Assembly: GCF_018350175.1 (NCBI RefSeq)
Contig: NC_058368.1
Location: 232,440,001 to 232,504,000 of the forward strand
Direction: 5' to 3'
DNA: 64,000 nucleotides
Source: Felis catus
Lineage: Eukaryota
Of this stretch, positions 26,350-39,918 are shown one piece after another (within the stretch, counting starts at the first letter, position 1; each line of letters begins with the position of its first letter). The translations under genes and the position numbers were made by a program. Below the pieces are notes generated by a model. That model was not told the origin of the DNA. It was given only the letters and a program-made list of their open reading frames with translations, and ran no database searches.

Positions 26350-27750
26350 CTACCTGCACAGAGGTCTCTGGCTGACCGTCCCGCCCCTGAGGCGGCAAAC
26401 CCACGCGCAAGGCAGAGCGGCCGCCCAGATGAAGGCGCTGAAGGGCCAGGGCAGGATAGACGATGGGCACGCTGTGTTCCCAGGGGACCGTGTGGTCCGT
26501 TTTGAAGGGCCAGGGCTGCGTGTAACTGTTCCCGCTCGCGGGGCGCTGTGACGGGTCGGCAAGACACGCGTGGGCAGGGACGGGGTGGCGGAGGGCCAGC
26601 GCCCCTGCTTTCCTGGGAAAGCGCTTCCGACACGCCAGCCATGTCCCTCCCAGCGCCAGTCCCCGAGCTCCCGTGTCATCATCACTCGCTGAGTAAAGCC
26701 CACGGAGGGGTTGGCATCCTTTGTCTCGACAGTCGGGACAGGACATTCACGGGCGCCGTTGATCAGCTGAGAAGATTGGAGACGCTGAGCTGAATCCCGG
26801 GAACCTCCGCTGTCCTCCTCTGCGCACCGCACACATCCAGGAGGTGACCGAGTGCAGGGCCGCGCGAGGCAGTGTCTGGGGACGTGCTGCGTGTCGCTCG
26901 GGGCGTCTGCCGTGCTTGTGTGCAAGTCTCCGTCTGGGGGCGCCCCGCGGACGTCTCGGCGTCTGGCAGGACCCCGGGGCTGGTGCGCGGCGGGCGGAGG
27001 AGGTGACACGCGAGCCTGGCCGCCCCGCGGGGGAGCTGATTGAGGCCTCCCGTCGCGACGGGGCTGTGGGTGTGGACGCTGAGCCCCGGGAACCCGGCGA
27101 TGTGGCCCCGTGACTGTCGCGTCCGCGCTTGTTGCGTTTTCCGGTGAACGGCCAGCCTCGGCCGCCCTTAAAGGGTCACGTCATGCAAGGTGGTCGCGCA
27201 CCTGTTTCCTCGAGGGGTGGGGGCGGCTCGAGGCCCGGGGCTGCACCCTGTCACCTCTGTCACCCGGCGTGGCCTAAGGGGACGAGGAGTGAACGAAGCG
27301 GACACTCGTCTGGTGACGCTGCGCGATCGACCGCGGTCTCAGCCAAATGCACGGAAGGTCGCGGACGCCCGAACTCCGCGCTTTGCTCTGCGGAGGATGC
27401 AGCCACGCCGACGGAGTCCCCCCACCCCGCCCCCCTCCACGGTTCTCGGTCGCCAAGAGTCTGCAACCGGGTCCTGAGGCCCCGAGTCTTGTCCCTGAAG
27501 CCCGCTCACCCGGGAGGGCACCTCGGGTGGTTTCACCTGCTGCGACATTTGTCACACTGCCCCGGTCCCGGTGCTTATGCCGCCTCCCAGGGGCCTCAGG
27601 GGACAGGCGACACCTGGGTCCCCTCCGGGGCCCAGATGGTGGTGGAGAAGGGGCCTCCAGGGCCGAGCTCCCCTGGGGCCTCTAACCCCTGCTCCTCTCG
27701 GGGCCTCCAGCAGGGGGCCTCCTGCTCCTCTCGGGGCCTCCGGCCTCCTT
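26350..27750. promoter_or_regulatory. CpG island (orphan/intragenic)
   Basis: About 1.4 kb with very high GC and abundant CpG against an AT-rich background; GC boxes near 27220 and 27425. Confidence 0.75.
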
Positions 27751-28659
27751 GGCCCTTTCCCAGGGTCTGACACTGTTCCTGCTGCCCACGAGGTTCTCCT
27801 GCCTGTGATTCCTTCACAAGGACGTGTTTCTTTCCTGGTTAAACCTGTGGCCTGGGGACACTCTGGGCTCCTCAGCAGCGGCCACACTGCCCTGAAAAGC
27901 TTCTGCTGGACGCGAACTGGTTTGTCCGGCAGCCAAGTTAACAGGGAGACGCTTTTAGACCATTTTCAGAATCATTCTTTTGCTCTTGGCTTTCAGCTTC
28001 ATAATCATAAGGGTTTAGATGCCCTTGGGATTTAGTACAAGGCCACGGGGCTTTCGAAGTTGCTGGAGCAATTCCTGCGTCCAGTTGTATCAAGAACAAG
28101 GTCAAAGGCAAGAAACAGGTCTGTTCATTATGGATAATTTATATCAGGCAGCACATTTTACGATTTCTCAAATAGACACCTTTCTTATCTGTGATGGAGG
28201 CAAAGTGATATTTCTGGTTTCCAAATAAATCAGTCAGTAGTTTCCCTGATTTCTGGGACTAGGCAGAGGTCTAATAGGTCCTAAGCACTGGTCTGGTCCT
28301 TCATTTCCTGGCAATAAATAACTTCCTGATATTTCTATCTAGTAAATTTAACCTACTGACTCCAAGAGACATTTCAGTTATTGAATCTTTTTCTGGGGGC
28401 AAGAAATAACAATGCTCAGTGCCCATGCTCCTCTCTGTCCTGCTTCCTCTCCAAAAGCCAACAGATAATGATAATATGTGAATTCTCTCCTTAATTAAGT
28501 TGGCTCCCTGTATAGTGTCCGCTCAATGAGCCATCACAGCACTGATCTGCTGTGTAACACACAGCCCTCTTTCTTATTCAAAGGAATTGGGCTGAAAATC
28601 CTAAAGTCCCTTATTGTCACATACTCGTCTCTCCATTACTACCCCCAGTACATGAATGT

Positions 28660-29200
28660 AACCTCCTGGTAACTAGTCTCCCAGCTGTCCCCATGAACCC
28701 TACCTCCTGGTATGCACACCCTCAGGCAGCCCCCTCCCACATTGAATCTGGCTGGCCTGTGTAACCAGGAGAATATGAGATTCGTGATGCTGTGTGATTT
28801 TTGAGACTTGTGTGTAAGAAATATAAATGGCACTCTTGAACTTTGGCTATGATTTCTCAGACCACTTGCTTTAGGGAAATCCAGGTGCCAGGTAAGAAAT
28901 CTGTTTACCTTGAGACTACTAAGCCAAGGTGTTTTGTCACATGGAGACGGGGGGGGGGGGCTGGTCTACCCTAGATTTTCCAGCCATCCCAGGTCCAGAT
29001 CTGATGCCAGGCATGTGAGTGAAGAGGGCTCCAGCTGTCTCCAAGTCTCAGCCTTGACCTGCCTCAAGTGATGGAGACACCGAGAAGGAGATGACCAGAT
29101 GAACCATCAAGGGCCAGAACCACCAGAGACGTGAATACGTTGTTTTAATTCTGTAAGTTTGGGGATGATTTGTTACATGGCAGTAAATAACCAGAACACC
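28660..29200 (+). mobile_element. MaLR LTR (MLT1F/H-like)
   Basis: cctcctggtatgcacaccct...ccccctcccacattga start; gtttggggatgatttgttacatggcagtaaataaccagaaca end. Confidence 0.8.
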
Positions 29201-30677
29201 ACATCATAATTGATTGACCGAGAAGAATGTACATCTGAAGATTAACACACTCACCTTGAGTTTGGTCCAGTGAAAGTAGTAACTTTGTTCATCCGCTCTT
29301 TTTCATAAATGGCTTAATAAACTCATTCTTTTTAATAAATGACCTTTACTAAAATTCTTAGTTTTGGCAAATGACCTCTATAGATCACCTGGTCATGGAG
29401 TTCCCAAGGTGACTACAATACAATATAGTCATTGCAATTGTTCCATAAACTTTCTGGAAACCTCCACATCCCAAAAGACATTCAAAACAGAATAAAAATA
29501 CCCTGTTGGATGCAGAATTTGTTGAATACACCCTGATTGAATTTGTTGTTGGTCTCCTGGAATTTCTGATATCTTACCAACTCAGAGCTGTTCCTTGTAT
29601 CTTTGGAAAATTTAATACCACTCTTTGAAGGATTTTCACATAATGTAACTTTTGGTCAACTTCATGTGACTAATGTAGAAGAAAAAATGACTGAGACTCT
29701 CACATTAGAATTAATATTAAGATAGAATATTTAATGCCAAAGAGAAACATGAAATGGTCTCATGCAATAACATATGCATTCTTGACCCTCTAATCCACTT
29801 TCTGTTCTCCCTGGGGGATAGTATTGTAGGTTTAGGAGTAAATTTAATCAGGTCTCTCTTCTAATAAAATATTTCAATGAATTTTTTTAGTGCTTATAGG
29901 ATAAAAAAATATTTAATACATACATTATGAAGATCTTATAATGTATCTATTATTCAATAAAAATATTGGACCAATTCCATATTCCAATGGAAAAATATCT
30001 ACCTAACATCATACAAAAATAATTATGTATAAATCAAAAATCTAAACATTATTGTATTCTCTCATCTCTCCCCTTTTTCTCTCATGTTTACTTTGTTTTC
30101 TACCCAGTAATTTCAGAGTAAAATTATGGGCTTTTATTGATGGGCTCTATTCTCACAAGGGCTCTATTGATGGGCTGGCACAAGTTTTGTTACATGTAGA
30201 ACAATGTCTTCTGTTAGTACGAACTATGCTCAATTAGATGCCTTTTATGTGATGTTTTATGACTTTTACATAAAAAAAAACCCTTGAAAAATAGATGTGC
30301 AAGTCAATAGTATTCCCAGCCATTGTCCATGAGCTAGCCACTCACATTCATGGAAGGCTTGTCACTGCTCTGATATTAAATCTTTGCTCACATCGGTTTG
30401 GACAAGGGTCCATGGGAACACCAATGCAGAAAAGGGATAGTCTTATGATTCACCTCACCTGGAAACAAATGAAAGCAAGTCCTGGATATGTTGGGAGATG
30501 ATGCAACTATGAGTGACCTGGCTTCCCTCCTGTGAGTCTCGTAAAGCCATAAGATGTAGACTTCCTGCTCACAGATTTTACTGAAGGAACAGTTGTGCAA
30601 CAATACAGGTGCAACTGCACCCTGGTTGTTATATTTGACACTTTTAATCATCCTTTACCCCTTGTCAATGTCCATTT

Positions 30678-30895
30678 ATTTTTTCTAATGTTTGTTTGTT
30701 TGTTTATTTTGAGAGAGAGACAGAGACAGAGACAGAGACAGAGACAGAGAGAATGCAAGCAAGGGAGGGGCAGAGAGAGGGCTCCACACTGTCAGCCCAG
30801 AGACTGGCATGGGGCTTGGTCTCACAAACTGTGAGATCATAAACTGAGCCAAATCAAGAGTGGGATGCTTAACTGATTGAGCCACCCAGGTGCCT
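30678..30895 (-). mobile_element. CanSINE
   Basis: TSD tcaatgtccattt at ~30665 and ~30897. Confidence 0.92.
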
Positions 30896-31279
30896 CTCAA
30901 TGTCCATTTCTCCACTTGATCTTAGTCAAAAGGCCGAGAAGCAGTTCAATGGCCATTTCTCATACCAGCCTTGGTTCAAACACGCTAGGGGCTTCCTGCA
31001 GATGTCTTTCTCAGGTGGATCTCTGGACCAGGATACCTCACTCTTTCTCACCATCGCTGCATTGTATTCAGTGCAGACCTGCCTGAACCCCTTTCCCCAG
31101 ATTCTGCTGTAAAATGTGGGGCCAGCTTATATACCACACTCTCCTAGAGGGTGATGAGCACATGCACCACAAAAGAATTGTGTGTTAAGTACTCAGGTTT
31201 TACAAGACTGAGTTACTATGGGGGATGCCATCAGTAATGACCTCCATGAAAAAGTCCATGTTTAAAAAGCCATCACAAG

Positions 31280-31491
31280 GAGGTGTCTGGGCGGCTCAGT
31301 TGGTTAAGCATCTGACTCTTGGTTTTGGCTCAGGTCTTGATCTCATGGTTCATTAGTTCAGGTCCCACATTGGGCTGTATGCTGACAATGCGAAGCCTGC
31401 TTGGGATTCTCTCTCTCTCCCTCTCTCTCTCTCTGCCCCTCCCCTGCTCTCTCTCTCTCCTTCACACAATAAACAAATAAACTTTAAAAAA
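31280..31491 (+). mobile_element. CanSINE
   Basis: Head, (CT)n, A tail, degenerate TSD ..atcacaa. Confidence 0.9.
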
Positions 31492-31764
31492 TCTATCACA
31501 ACATAAAGCATTTTGTTTCAAAAGGCATCATCTCTCTCTCTCTTTGCCAGCATTGCTTCTAACCCCCTGCATTGGGATCTGGCTTTTTCTTAGGATGTCA
31601 ACATCTTCCAGTTGGTGCTCTTTGTACACACTCAACACCCAGGAGACAACTCGGCACAGGATGGATCCTTGCACATGTGTGTTCATTTGGTGCACTCAAA
31701 GGAAAATGTAAAAATTTCACTTGAATAACCTTGGTACAAAGATGTAATGTTGCTTCTTTTAATT

Positions 31765-31989
31765 TCTATTTGTTTATTAAAAAAATTTTTAATGTTTATG
31801 TTTGAGACAGAGAGAGACAGAGCATGAGGTTGGGAGGGGCAGAGAGAGGAGGAGATACAGAATCTGAAGCAGGCTCCAGGCTCTGAGCTGTCAGCACAGA
31901 GCCCGACGCAGGGCTCGAACACATGAACTGCAAGATCATGACCTGAGCCAAAGTCAGATGCTCAACCGACGGAGCCACCCAGGCGCCCC
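31765..31989 (-). mobile_element. CanSINE
   Basis: Reverse-complement SINE ending ccaggcgcccc. Confidence 0.92.
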
Positions 31990-32135
31990 TAATGTTTCTT
32001 TTTAACTTGGATTTAATCTTGTAAAATTTCTCTTGATGTTAATTCTTCACGTTATTTTACTCAGCTTCTACTGTAGCTCTGTGAACTAGGACTGTAATCT
32101 GTGTTTACAATGTAAGTAAAGAGTGCTAGCTTTCT

Positions 32136-32368
32136 TTTTTTTTTTTTTTTTAAATTTTTTTTCAACGTTTTTTATTTATTTTTGGGACAGAGAGAGACAG
32201 AGCATGAACGGGGGAGGGGCAGAGAGAGAGGGAGACACAGAATCGGAAACAGGCTCCAGGCTCCGAGCCATCAGCCCAGAGCCTGACGCGGGGCTCGAAC
32301 TCACAGACCGCGAGATCGTGACCTGGCTGATGTCGGACGCTTAACCGACTGCGCCACCCAGGCGCCCC
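32136..32368 (-). mobile_element. SINEC_Fc, young felid subfamily
   Basis: Near-consensus, long poly(T), perfect TSD aagagtgctagctttct. Confidence 0.95.
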
Positions 32369-35300
32369 AAGAGTGCTAGCTTTCTAATTCAGCAGGAAAA
32401 CAGGGCAGATGTGGCTCTCAAATAATTCGGACACTTATTTGATGGAAGCAGTAAGTGGTTCTTTAATTTACTATACCTTTCCCTTTTCCTTTCCTTTTCC
32501 CTACTATACCCTTTCCCCTCCCTTGAAGGGGGTCTGTATATATCTGCTTCAGTCGGATGCTCTTGCCTTACTGTAACATTTAACTTGGGTTTCTTCTCTC
32601 ACCCCTTCTAGCTATCCCTGTGTTCAACATGGACAATGTTGGGAAACATCGGGTTTCAGTGATACAGATGTAGCTGTTAGTCATTCACGTGAGCCCAGGT
32701 TATGTTCCTGTCTTCATGTGTTTTGAGGACATATCTTTTCTACAGAACTTTCTTCCTCCTGACCCATGGGTGCCGGTTAATCAACTCCAGATTGGGACAA
32801 TACTTGTAAATTATAATCTGGCAAGAGATGCTTTCTAGGCCACTTGCTACTAGTTAGAATCATCCAGTAACACCCCTTTGTTTATTATACATTGCAGTGT
32901 ATTGAGTGTGATCCTTAGAACGTGACACTCCCTCACTCCAATTCTGATATTTTCTCCTGAGTGGATAATAAAAGGTTGCTATGGAAGCCAGCATATGCCC
33001 TGATGGTGGCAGAGAACAGGGAGGGCTGGAGTTTCATTGATTAAAGGCTTCTCCAAACATCAATTGGAGATCCATTTTGCTCCAGGATATGTGTTCTGTG
33101 TCAGGGGGATAAAAATGGAAGTCTCAGCTTCTGTGTTCTAGGAGCTCACCACTCGGAGGCAGAGAAGAATAAGAAGACAATGAAGACACAACCTAACAGT
33201 TGCCGTGATAGCACTTGAGCAGGGTCTCACACAGGAGGCTCCCTAACCCGCTCCAGTAAGGGTCAGCAGAGGTGTCTTGCAGGACGTATAGTTGAACTTG
33301 ATGTTGGGAAACAAGTAGGAATGAACCAAGCCAACCAAACAAAAAGGGGTTGAGCCAAGTTTGGCCGAGGAGAGAGGAACAGACAGACAGGACAATGTGT
33401 GCATGGATGCCATTTAACACCTTAGCAAGGGCCTGGGAAGGACAGAAGTATTGTGCCCTGGAAATGATGGAATTTAACATTGGGGATTTGTGTGTCTGGG
33501 GTAAGAGATACATTTTCATTCAACCCCAGCTTACCAGGGTAATCCTACTCAGGAAAGCCATCTCTGCACACACGCCCTCCCTCCCTCCCTCCTGTCCTCT
33601 GCTTCTAGGTACCCAGGAAGTAAACTTTTATGTCCTTAAAGGCAAAAGGAAATCTCTGGCTTTTAAAGGGCAATTCTGATACATCTCTGAATCCTCATCA
33701 TGTAACTACTTGCCCCTTCTATTTAGAACACTCTTGGTAAGTGGCCAACATGAGAACCAGACCATCCAATTCTAACTGTGTTCTCAGCATAATTGTCTTT
33801 GTGTGCATCCTGGTGTCTGAGAGATTTTTTAAAAAAAGCCTTTCTTATCTGAAGAGTTCAAAGACCCATTGAACCCAATGTGTGACAAGAGAGTCTCCGA
33901 CCCATGGCATTTACAGACCTTTCACAAGTGGGAATGCCATGGAGGGTAAAAATTTTGATGATAACTAACTTAGATGATCCTTCTATATTTAGGCTGAGAC
34001 TTATGAGATTTTTATAAACAAGTTAGTGCCTCTTTACAATGTGCAACAGTTGATAATAAGTAATTCTTCCTGCTTTCCAACACAGGCAGAAAACTAAAAA
34101 TAAAAAAGAAGTGAGTTATAGGAGAGAAAAATAAGCAAAAATATCCTTCTAGAATGTACATTTTGCCAACTTGGTCTATTCTCTTGACTTTCTTTGATGG
34201 TTTTCAAATAAATTCGCCACTTGGATTCTGACAGAAGAGTCTACACAGAGAGGTCACATTGCCATAGAAAGCGCATTGATCCAGCACTCCGTTCCATTCT
34301 TGACTCTAGCCAGGCCGTGCTGCTAACTCACTGAGGGCATTCAGTACAAAACAAGTACTTTTCTCCTTGTTTCAGAAAATGAGGAATTTGGATCACATAG
34401 CACCCAAGGCTCTTTCTGTCCCTAAGTGGTGTGCATCTAAATCAATGCCTTTTAATTGGCTGCTTATGTTTTTCTTCCAAAGTTTTCCCTTCGAGACACT
34501 TGTCGGGAGCTGTAATTACCAGGAGAAAAACGAAAATGGCAACACTGGTCGACTGGTCCTAACTCTATGCCCACTATTATTCTGATACTATTCTAATATC
34601 AGCTGGTTTAATTCTTATGGTAAAAATAGAAGGGAGACACTGCCTATTATGCCCACCTTAGAACTGACAAAGGTAAGGCCCAGAGAGGTTCAATAAATGG
34701 CTCCCACCCTTGCCAGGGTCCCCAGGAGCCACCCAGTCATGGGTAACAGACTGGCTCTTGACTACTTATTAGTGAGGGAAGGAGAGTTTTGTGCCGTTCA
34801 GGGCACCTCCTGCTGCATATACATTAACAGCGCTGGGCAGGTACGGACCTAAGGACGAGGAATAGGCCAACAGGTAAAGGTCTTTCATGACGAACCAAAT
34901 CTTCCACAGATTCTCTTAATCCGGAGGAGCCTGGCCTCTTCTTAGGGTTTTTCCCACAAAGTATAAAGTAGGTTCAAACCCTCATCATGTGCCTGAGAGG
35001 ACTCTTCCTACTTGTCACCTTCAATAAAGTTTGCCTTTCAGGGACTGAGTCACGCTGCCCCCATCACCTTTAACATCTCCACAACCCAGGTGACAAGTGT
35101 TACCCATCTTAACCAGCATCATTGGTATGGTGGCCCCACAAGGTCCATTGTATTATAATTTGTAAAATTCCATATTTTCTTGCTGCCCCAGTGTCGCCAC
35201 AAACACACTGTGAATGCTCCTCCCAGGTGACCAGCGCTCCCAGGTGGTACGAGTGGCTCCTGCCTCAAATTCTCTTTTGCCTTCTCCTGTGACCTGGTGA

Positions 35301-35569
35301 CCATTCCCAGACACCAGGAAACCCTCTCATGCTCGGCGTACTTCATGCTGGCCCCAGTGAAGGCACTTGCCTAAGGGTCCTCACTCTGGGATCCCCACCA
35401 GTTGGGCTGAGTCTGTTCCCTTGGGACTCCCTGCACGTGGCCCCTAACAGAGCTCAGTGACTCTGTCCCTCCGGGATCTGTGAGTGGAACAAACTTTGTT
35501 TCCCTGCATCTTCCCGTGTCCCCTCTTTTGGGGACCTGACTAACTGCCTCATGAAAAAAATACAAAATG

Positions 35570-35850
35570 CCGTCTCTCCATCTTCAAAGCCTACAACACT
35601 GTATCTTCATGACCTGTTTCCTATGGTCACATATTTCTCCAACCACAGCCATGAAAGGCTCTGTTTTCACAGACTCATTGGATTAGATGGGGTCCAGTTG
35701 GGAAATCCAGGATTATATCCCCATTTCAAGGTCCTTAACATAATCACATATGCTAAGTCCCCAGTTTGCCACGTGAGGGGACATTCTCAGGATCCAGGCA
35801 TCAGGACATGGACATCTTTGAGGTCCATTATGCCTCCTATAACACAAACT
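35570..35850 (-). mobile_element. MaLR LTR fragment (MLT1C-like)
   Basis: aatccaggattatatccccatttcaaggtccttaac...ggacatggacatctttg. Confidence 0.75.
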
Positions 35851-36439
35851 CATGGTAAAAATATAACCACCACCAGTGGTGGGGGTGAGTGTATATCACA
35901 CTTAAAATTTCAGGACAAGGTATGAGTAACAGAACTGATGACCCTAGATCACCTGTGATTTGAAGCCACACTGTGGCTTATCTTCAGTTACCAACGATAT
36001 ATCTTCATCCATAGAGCAGTATCTCCAGAATGGCCCCAGGCCATGCACTGGTTTGTTATACTAACATTGGATGTGACAATGGTCTTTGGACTGCTTCCCT
36101 TCGTAGTCCAGCTCATGATGCTCCTGTGTCATTGACTTAGGGGGAGGTTGGACTGAAGTCTTTTCAGCATATCTCTTGCATTAGGTGAACTCATGAATGG
36201 GGTTCTCTGAGGCATCACATTAGAAAAGACTTAAAAGGTAAAATGGGTCCTGGGTCAGACTCCGTGAATTCTTCCAGAATAGAGACAAACAGCAGGTTGG
36301 AGCATGCGTGGAGGTAACAAGTGCACTGTAAATGCAGATAAAAGGGAGGTAACTGACTGTTGATATTTGTTCACTCCTACTGCCCGGGATCCCAGGTTTC
36401 ACAGCCACAGTGTGAGGGAAGGAGTCAGAGGCTGCCAGC

Positions 36440-36540
36440 CCAGAATCATAGAAGTCACTTTTCTTTCTTGAACCCTTGAGATCATCCTCTGGCTTCCTTC
36501 TCTTTTGGGTAACACCCAGCCCAGCCTGGAGCCCAACCTG
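36440..36540 (-). pseudogene. JMJD1C-like segment (start of the large-exon equivalent)
   Basis: QKRRKPEDDLKGSRKKSDFYDS vs NKRRKPEEDEKK...SDFSES, 11 codons after a ccccttgcag acceptor-like site. Confidence 0.55.
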
Positions 36541-37036
36541 CAAGGGGCTTGTGTGGCTCACTCCACACCACGGCTCCCACTCTTGTATTCTCTGTCTCAG
36601 AGCTATTTACTGCTTTTATGACACACATCATAGTTTCTAACTATTTCCCTATTTATTTATTTACTTCCTTGTTTAGACAGTTTATCCCTGGTGGACCTGG
36701 AGGTCCATGAGCACCTACTTCGGGTTGGGTACTGGTAGGTTTTATGGCTTGGGGGGCAGCACTGGTTTAGCACATTCTAAGCACCTGGTAACCATTGACT
36801 GGTGGGTCTACAAGGATGAAGTAACAGAACAGAATGTGGGGAAAACCCAGAGGTCTAACGAAGGATCCTGGGTTCCACTCATGTTATCAGCTTTGGAAAA
36901 AGGAAAGGGCAGCCACTGATTTGTTAAGATGGACAATGTGTAGCCTGTGAAGAGTTTCATTGTGTCTCTTTTGAGATCTGGTATAAAACTACACACTTAG
37001 GAAGCAAGTTTGCCGAAGTAACAGAAACTTTTATTT

Positions 37037-37039
<3 letters not shown>

Positions 37040-37074
<35 letters not shown>
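37040..37074. repeat. (CA)n microsatellite
   Basis: Perfect dinucleotide run. Confidence 0.97.
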
Positions 37075-37077
<3 letters not shown>

Positions 37078-37716
37078 TCTGATTATAATTTCATTGATTC
37101 TATGCTATCAAATACGACAAATCAAGGAGTTGTATGTAGCCATAAATTACCCTAGATTAAACCCCATTTGAATCTCTGTGAGAGAGTGAATAACCTGGTG
37201 GGCTGGCCCCAAGCTGTGGGCTTTCTCCTGTGTTGTTTACAGTGTTTATGGGAACTTATCTTGGAGGCCCAGCATGCGCTTGTCTGACACCAGAGAGTTT
37301 TTAAGCATGTCTGATGGCATTTTTCAAGCCCCCACAATAATAGTATCACAGATGGCATTTCTTTTGTCTTCTCTGTGAGCTTGTGATGAGGAAGACAGCA
37401 TCTTCACTTTCAAAAGCAACGCCACAGTCTATAAAGAGTTATACCAAAAGAATGGTTAGGAGGTCTCATGTGAAACGTCTGCCAGATGCAAAGCTGCCCC
37501 CAGTGCAGACCCACAGGTGGTCATAATGCCCACAGTTGAAATTCCAGAACATTCAGCACGATGTAGCTACATAGATTGGATGATTGGGTTCACTTCAATA
37601 AGTCTTTTTTTTTTTTTTTTAATCCTCAAAGAGTATGGGTGTTTAATACTGTGTGACTGAGGGACTCATAAGGACACACAAGTGATAGAATAGCCCGCTG
37701 CCTAGATCCAGCTGAG

Positions 37717-37958
37717 TTTTTTTTCTTTTTTTTTTTAAGTTTATTTATTTATTTACTTATTTATTTATTTATTTATTTATAGAGGGCACACATGTGAGTG
37801 GGGAGGAGGGGCAGAAGGAGAGAGAGAGAGAGAATCCCAAACAGACTCTACACTCAGCGCGGAGCCCCAAGAGGAGCTCAGTCCCATGACCTTGGGATCT
37901 TGACCTGAGCCAAAATCAAGAGTCAGACGCTCAACTGACTAAGCCACCCAGGTGCCCC
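37717..37958 (-). mobile_element. CanSINE
   Basis: Reverse-complement SINE with (TTTA)n tail. Confidence 0.9.
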
Positions 37959-39062
37959 TCAATCATACTTTAACCTTACTACACCGTGTATCTTGTGTGG
38001 ACTTCCTCAAAGCCTTTCTGAAGACACATACTTCGTGTGTCAATCAATCAACCAAGCTATCAACGATGAGCAGCTCAGTGTGTCCTGTCTGAATTTGAAT
38101 TTTGTGATACGAGCTGTTTAAATGAATGATTACACTGTAAGTATCGGTAAGCTACCCTTGGGGAAAAATATGGAAGCGGGAAATATTCCAACTGCATCAG
38201 CATTTAGCTCTGTAATTAATTAGTGAGGAAAAAGTCACTAAGGAGAAATTTTCTGGATGTGTTCCCCAGTGATAAATAATAACTCACCAACAAGTCCACA
38301 TCATGAACCTAAAGAAGTATTCGGTTTAGTAATATACGTATTTCCACAGAAACTTTTCTTAGTTATTAAATGCTCGTGCTCTAACAATTGTTATTTTATG
38401 GTGTGTTTCTTTTTAAGTGGTATTACAACTGACTTTATAGCCCAAAATGAAATAAAAATATAGCTAAACACAAAAAATAGTCTGAGATAAAAATGTTGAT
38501 ACATGTAAGTGAACAAATATTCTATTTTTTGTTTTGCATATTAAATTGCATTTACAGAGTTTGTGGCATATTCATTAAAGGGTAGCATCAACCAGAAAGA
38601 TAATTTTATCCTTTAATATATTTTAGTGAAATATTTTTGTGATATAAAATTTTGTAATTTTAATAAATATAAAGAATTTCACCCTAAACTTCCTATAGTC
38701 ACATATATTTCAATATTTTTATTAAAAATTAAAATATTAAAAATTTTAAAATGTCTGAATTTTTTTGGATGATGCAAGCCTAAATATTTTAAAAGTCATA
38801 TTTCATATGTATTCATCATATGAAGGATCAAATTAAGAACTTCAGGTGATCAATGCATTGCATTTGTCTTGTACAGTCAATTATACAGTGACACAAAATA
38901 ATTAAATCAGATTATTAAATAAATTTAATTAAATTTAACACAATATAATTAGAAAATGTTTATTTTTATCTAAATAACTCAGTGATCACCACATAAACTT
39001 TTTTTTACCACTTTTGAACAATTAATATAAGACGTACAAGGAGATGAGTTTGATTAGATTTT

Positions 39063-39065
<3 letters not shown>

Positions 39066-39120
<55 letters not shown>
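39066..39120. repeat. (GT)n(GA)n compound microsatellite
   Basis: Seen directly. Confidence 0.97.
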
Positions 39121-39124
<4 letters not shown>

Positions 39125-39689
39125 AGAAAATCAAAGAAAAGAGATAGCAAAGTGAGGTGATTGAAAATGAGCACATTGATTTGCATCTTGTCTTTTAAGT
39201 ACAAAGATGTTTTAGGGGAGGTCAACAATTATGTACCCACATATGGCCATCACTTTTAAGAGGCTCTAAATAAATCATTATTCTGATTTCTTTATATATT
39301 GTACCAAAGGTTCTCTTTTTTAATTTTTTAAACCATTTGTGTTTTGGATACATTACTTCAACTCAGGTTGTGGTTAAATGTGACAAAAACTTTTAAAGAG
39401 ACGGTACAGTTGGGAACTTCCTTTTCAGAGTTCTTTTGACTTGAATTAAACCCACAGTTGAGAGTGGCCCGGTATGGAAAATTTTCCCCTTTTCTTGGAC
39501 ACTGGGCTCTACCATGGCACTATCCATAAAGATATAATATTTCCCTAAAGAAATGCCCTCCTTTGCTAAGCCTCTTTCTAAAATTAACATAGAGTTATTC
39601 ATCAATATATCTGATTATTAACTTGGTGCCTAATTTGAAGAAAGTCTGCATTTTAAAGAGAATCAAGTTTCAAAATGGACCCAGATTTA

Positions 39690-39918
39690 AAATTTTTTTT
39701 ATGTTTATTCATTTTTGAAAGACAAAGAGAGACAGAGCACAAGCAGGAGTGGGGCAGAGAGAGAGGGGGACACAGAGAGAGAGAGGGGGACACAGGCTCC
39801 AGGCTCCAGGCTCCAAGCTGTCAGCACAGAGCCTGACGTGGGGCTCGAACTCACGAACTGTGAGATCATGACCTGAGCCGAAGTCTGACACTCAAACAAC
39901 CGAGCCACCCAGTTGCCC
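39690..39918 (-). mobile_element. CanSINE
   Basis: Degenerate TSD ggaccc(a/t)gattt. Confidence 0.9.

Noticed and set aside
26260..28035. Overlapping 100-219 aa ORFs on both strands
   Set aside because: Expected from stop-codon scarcity in a CpG island; no recognisable domain.
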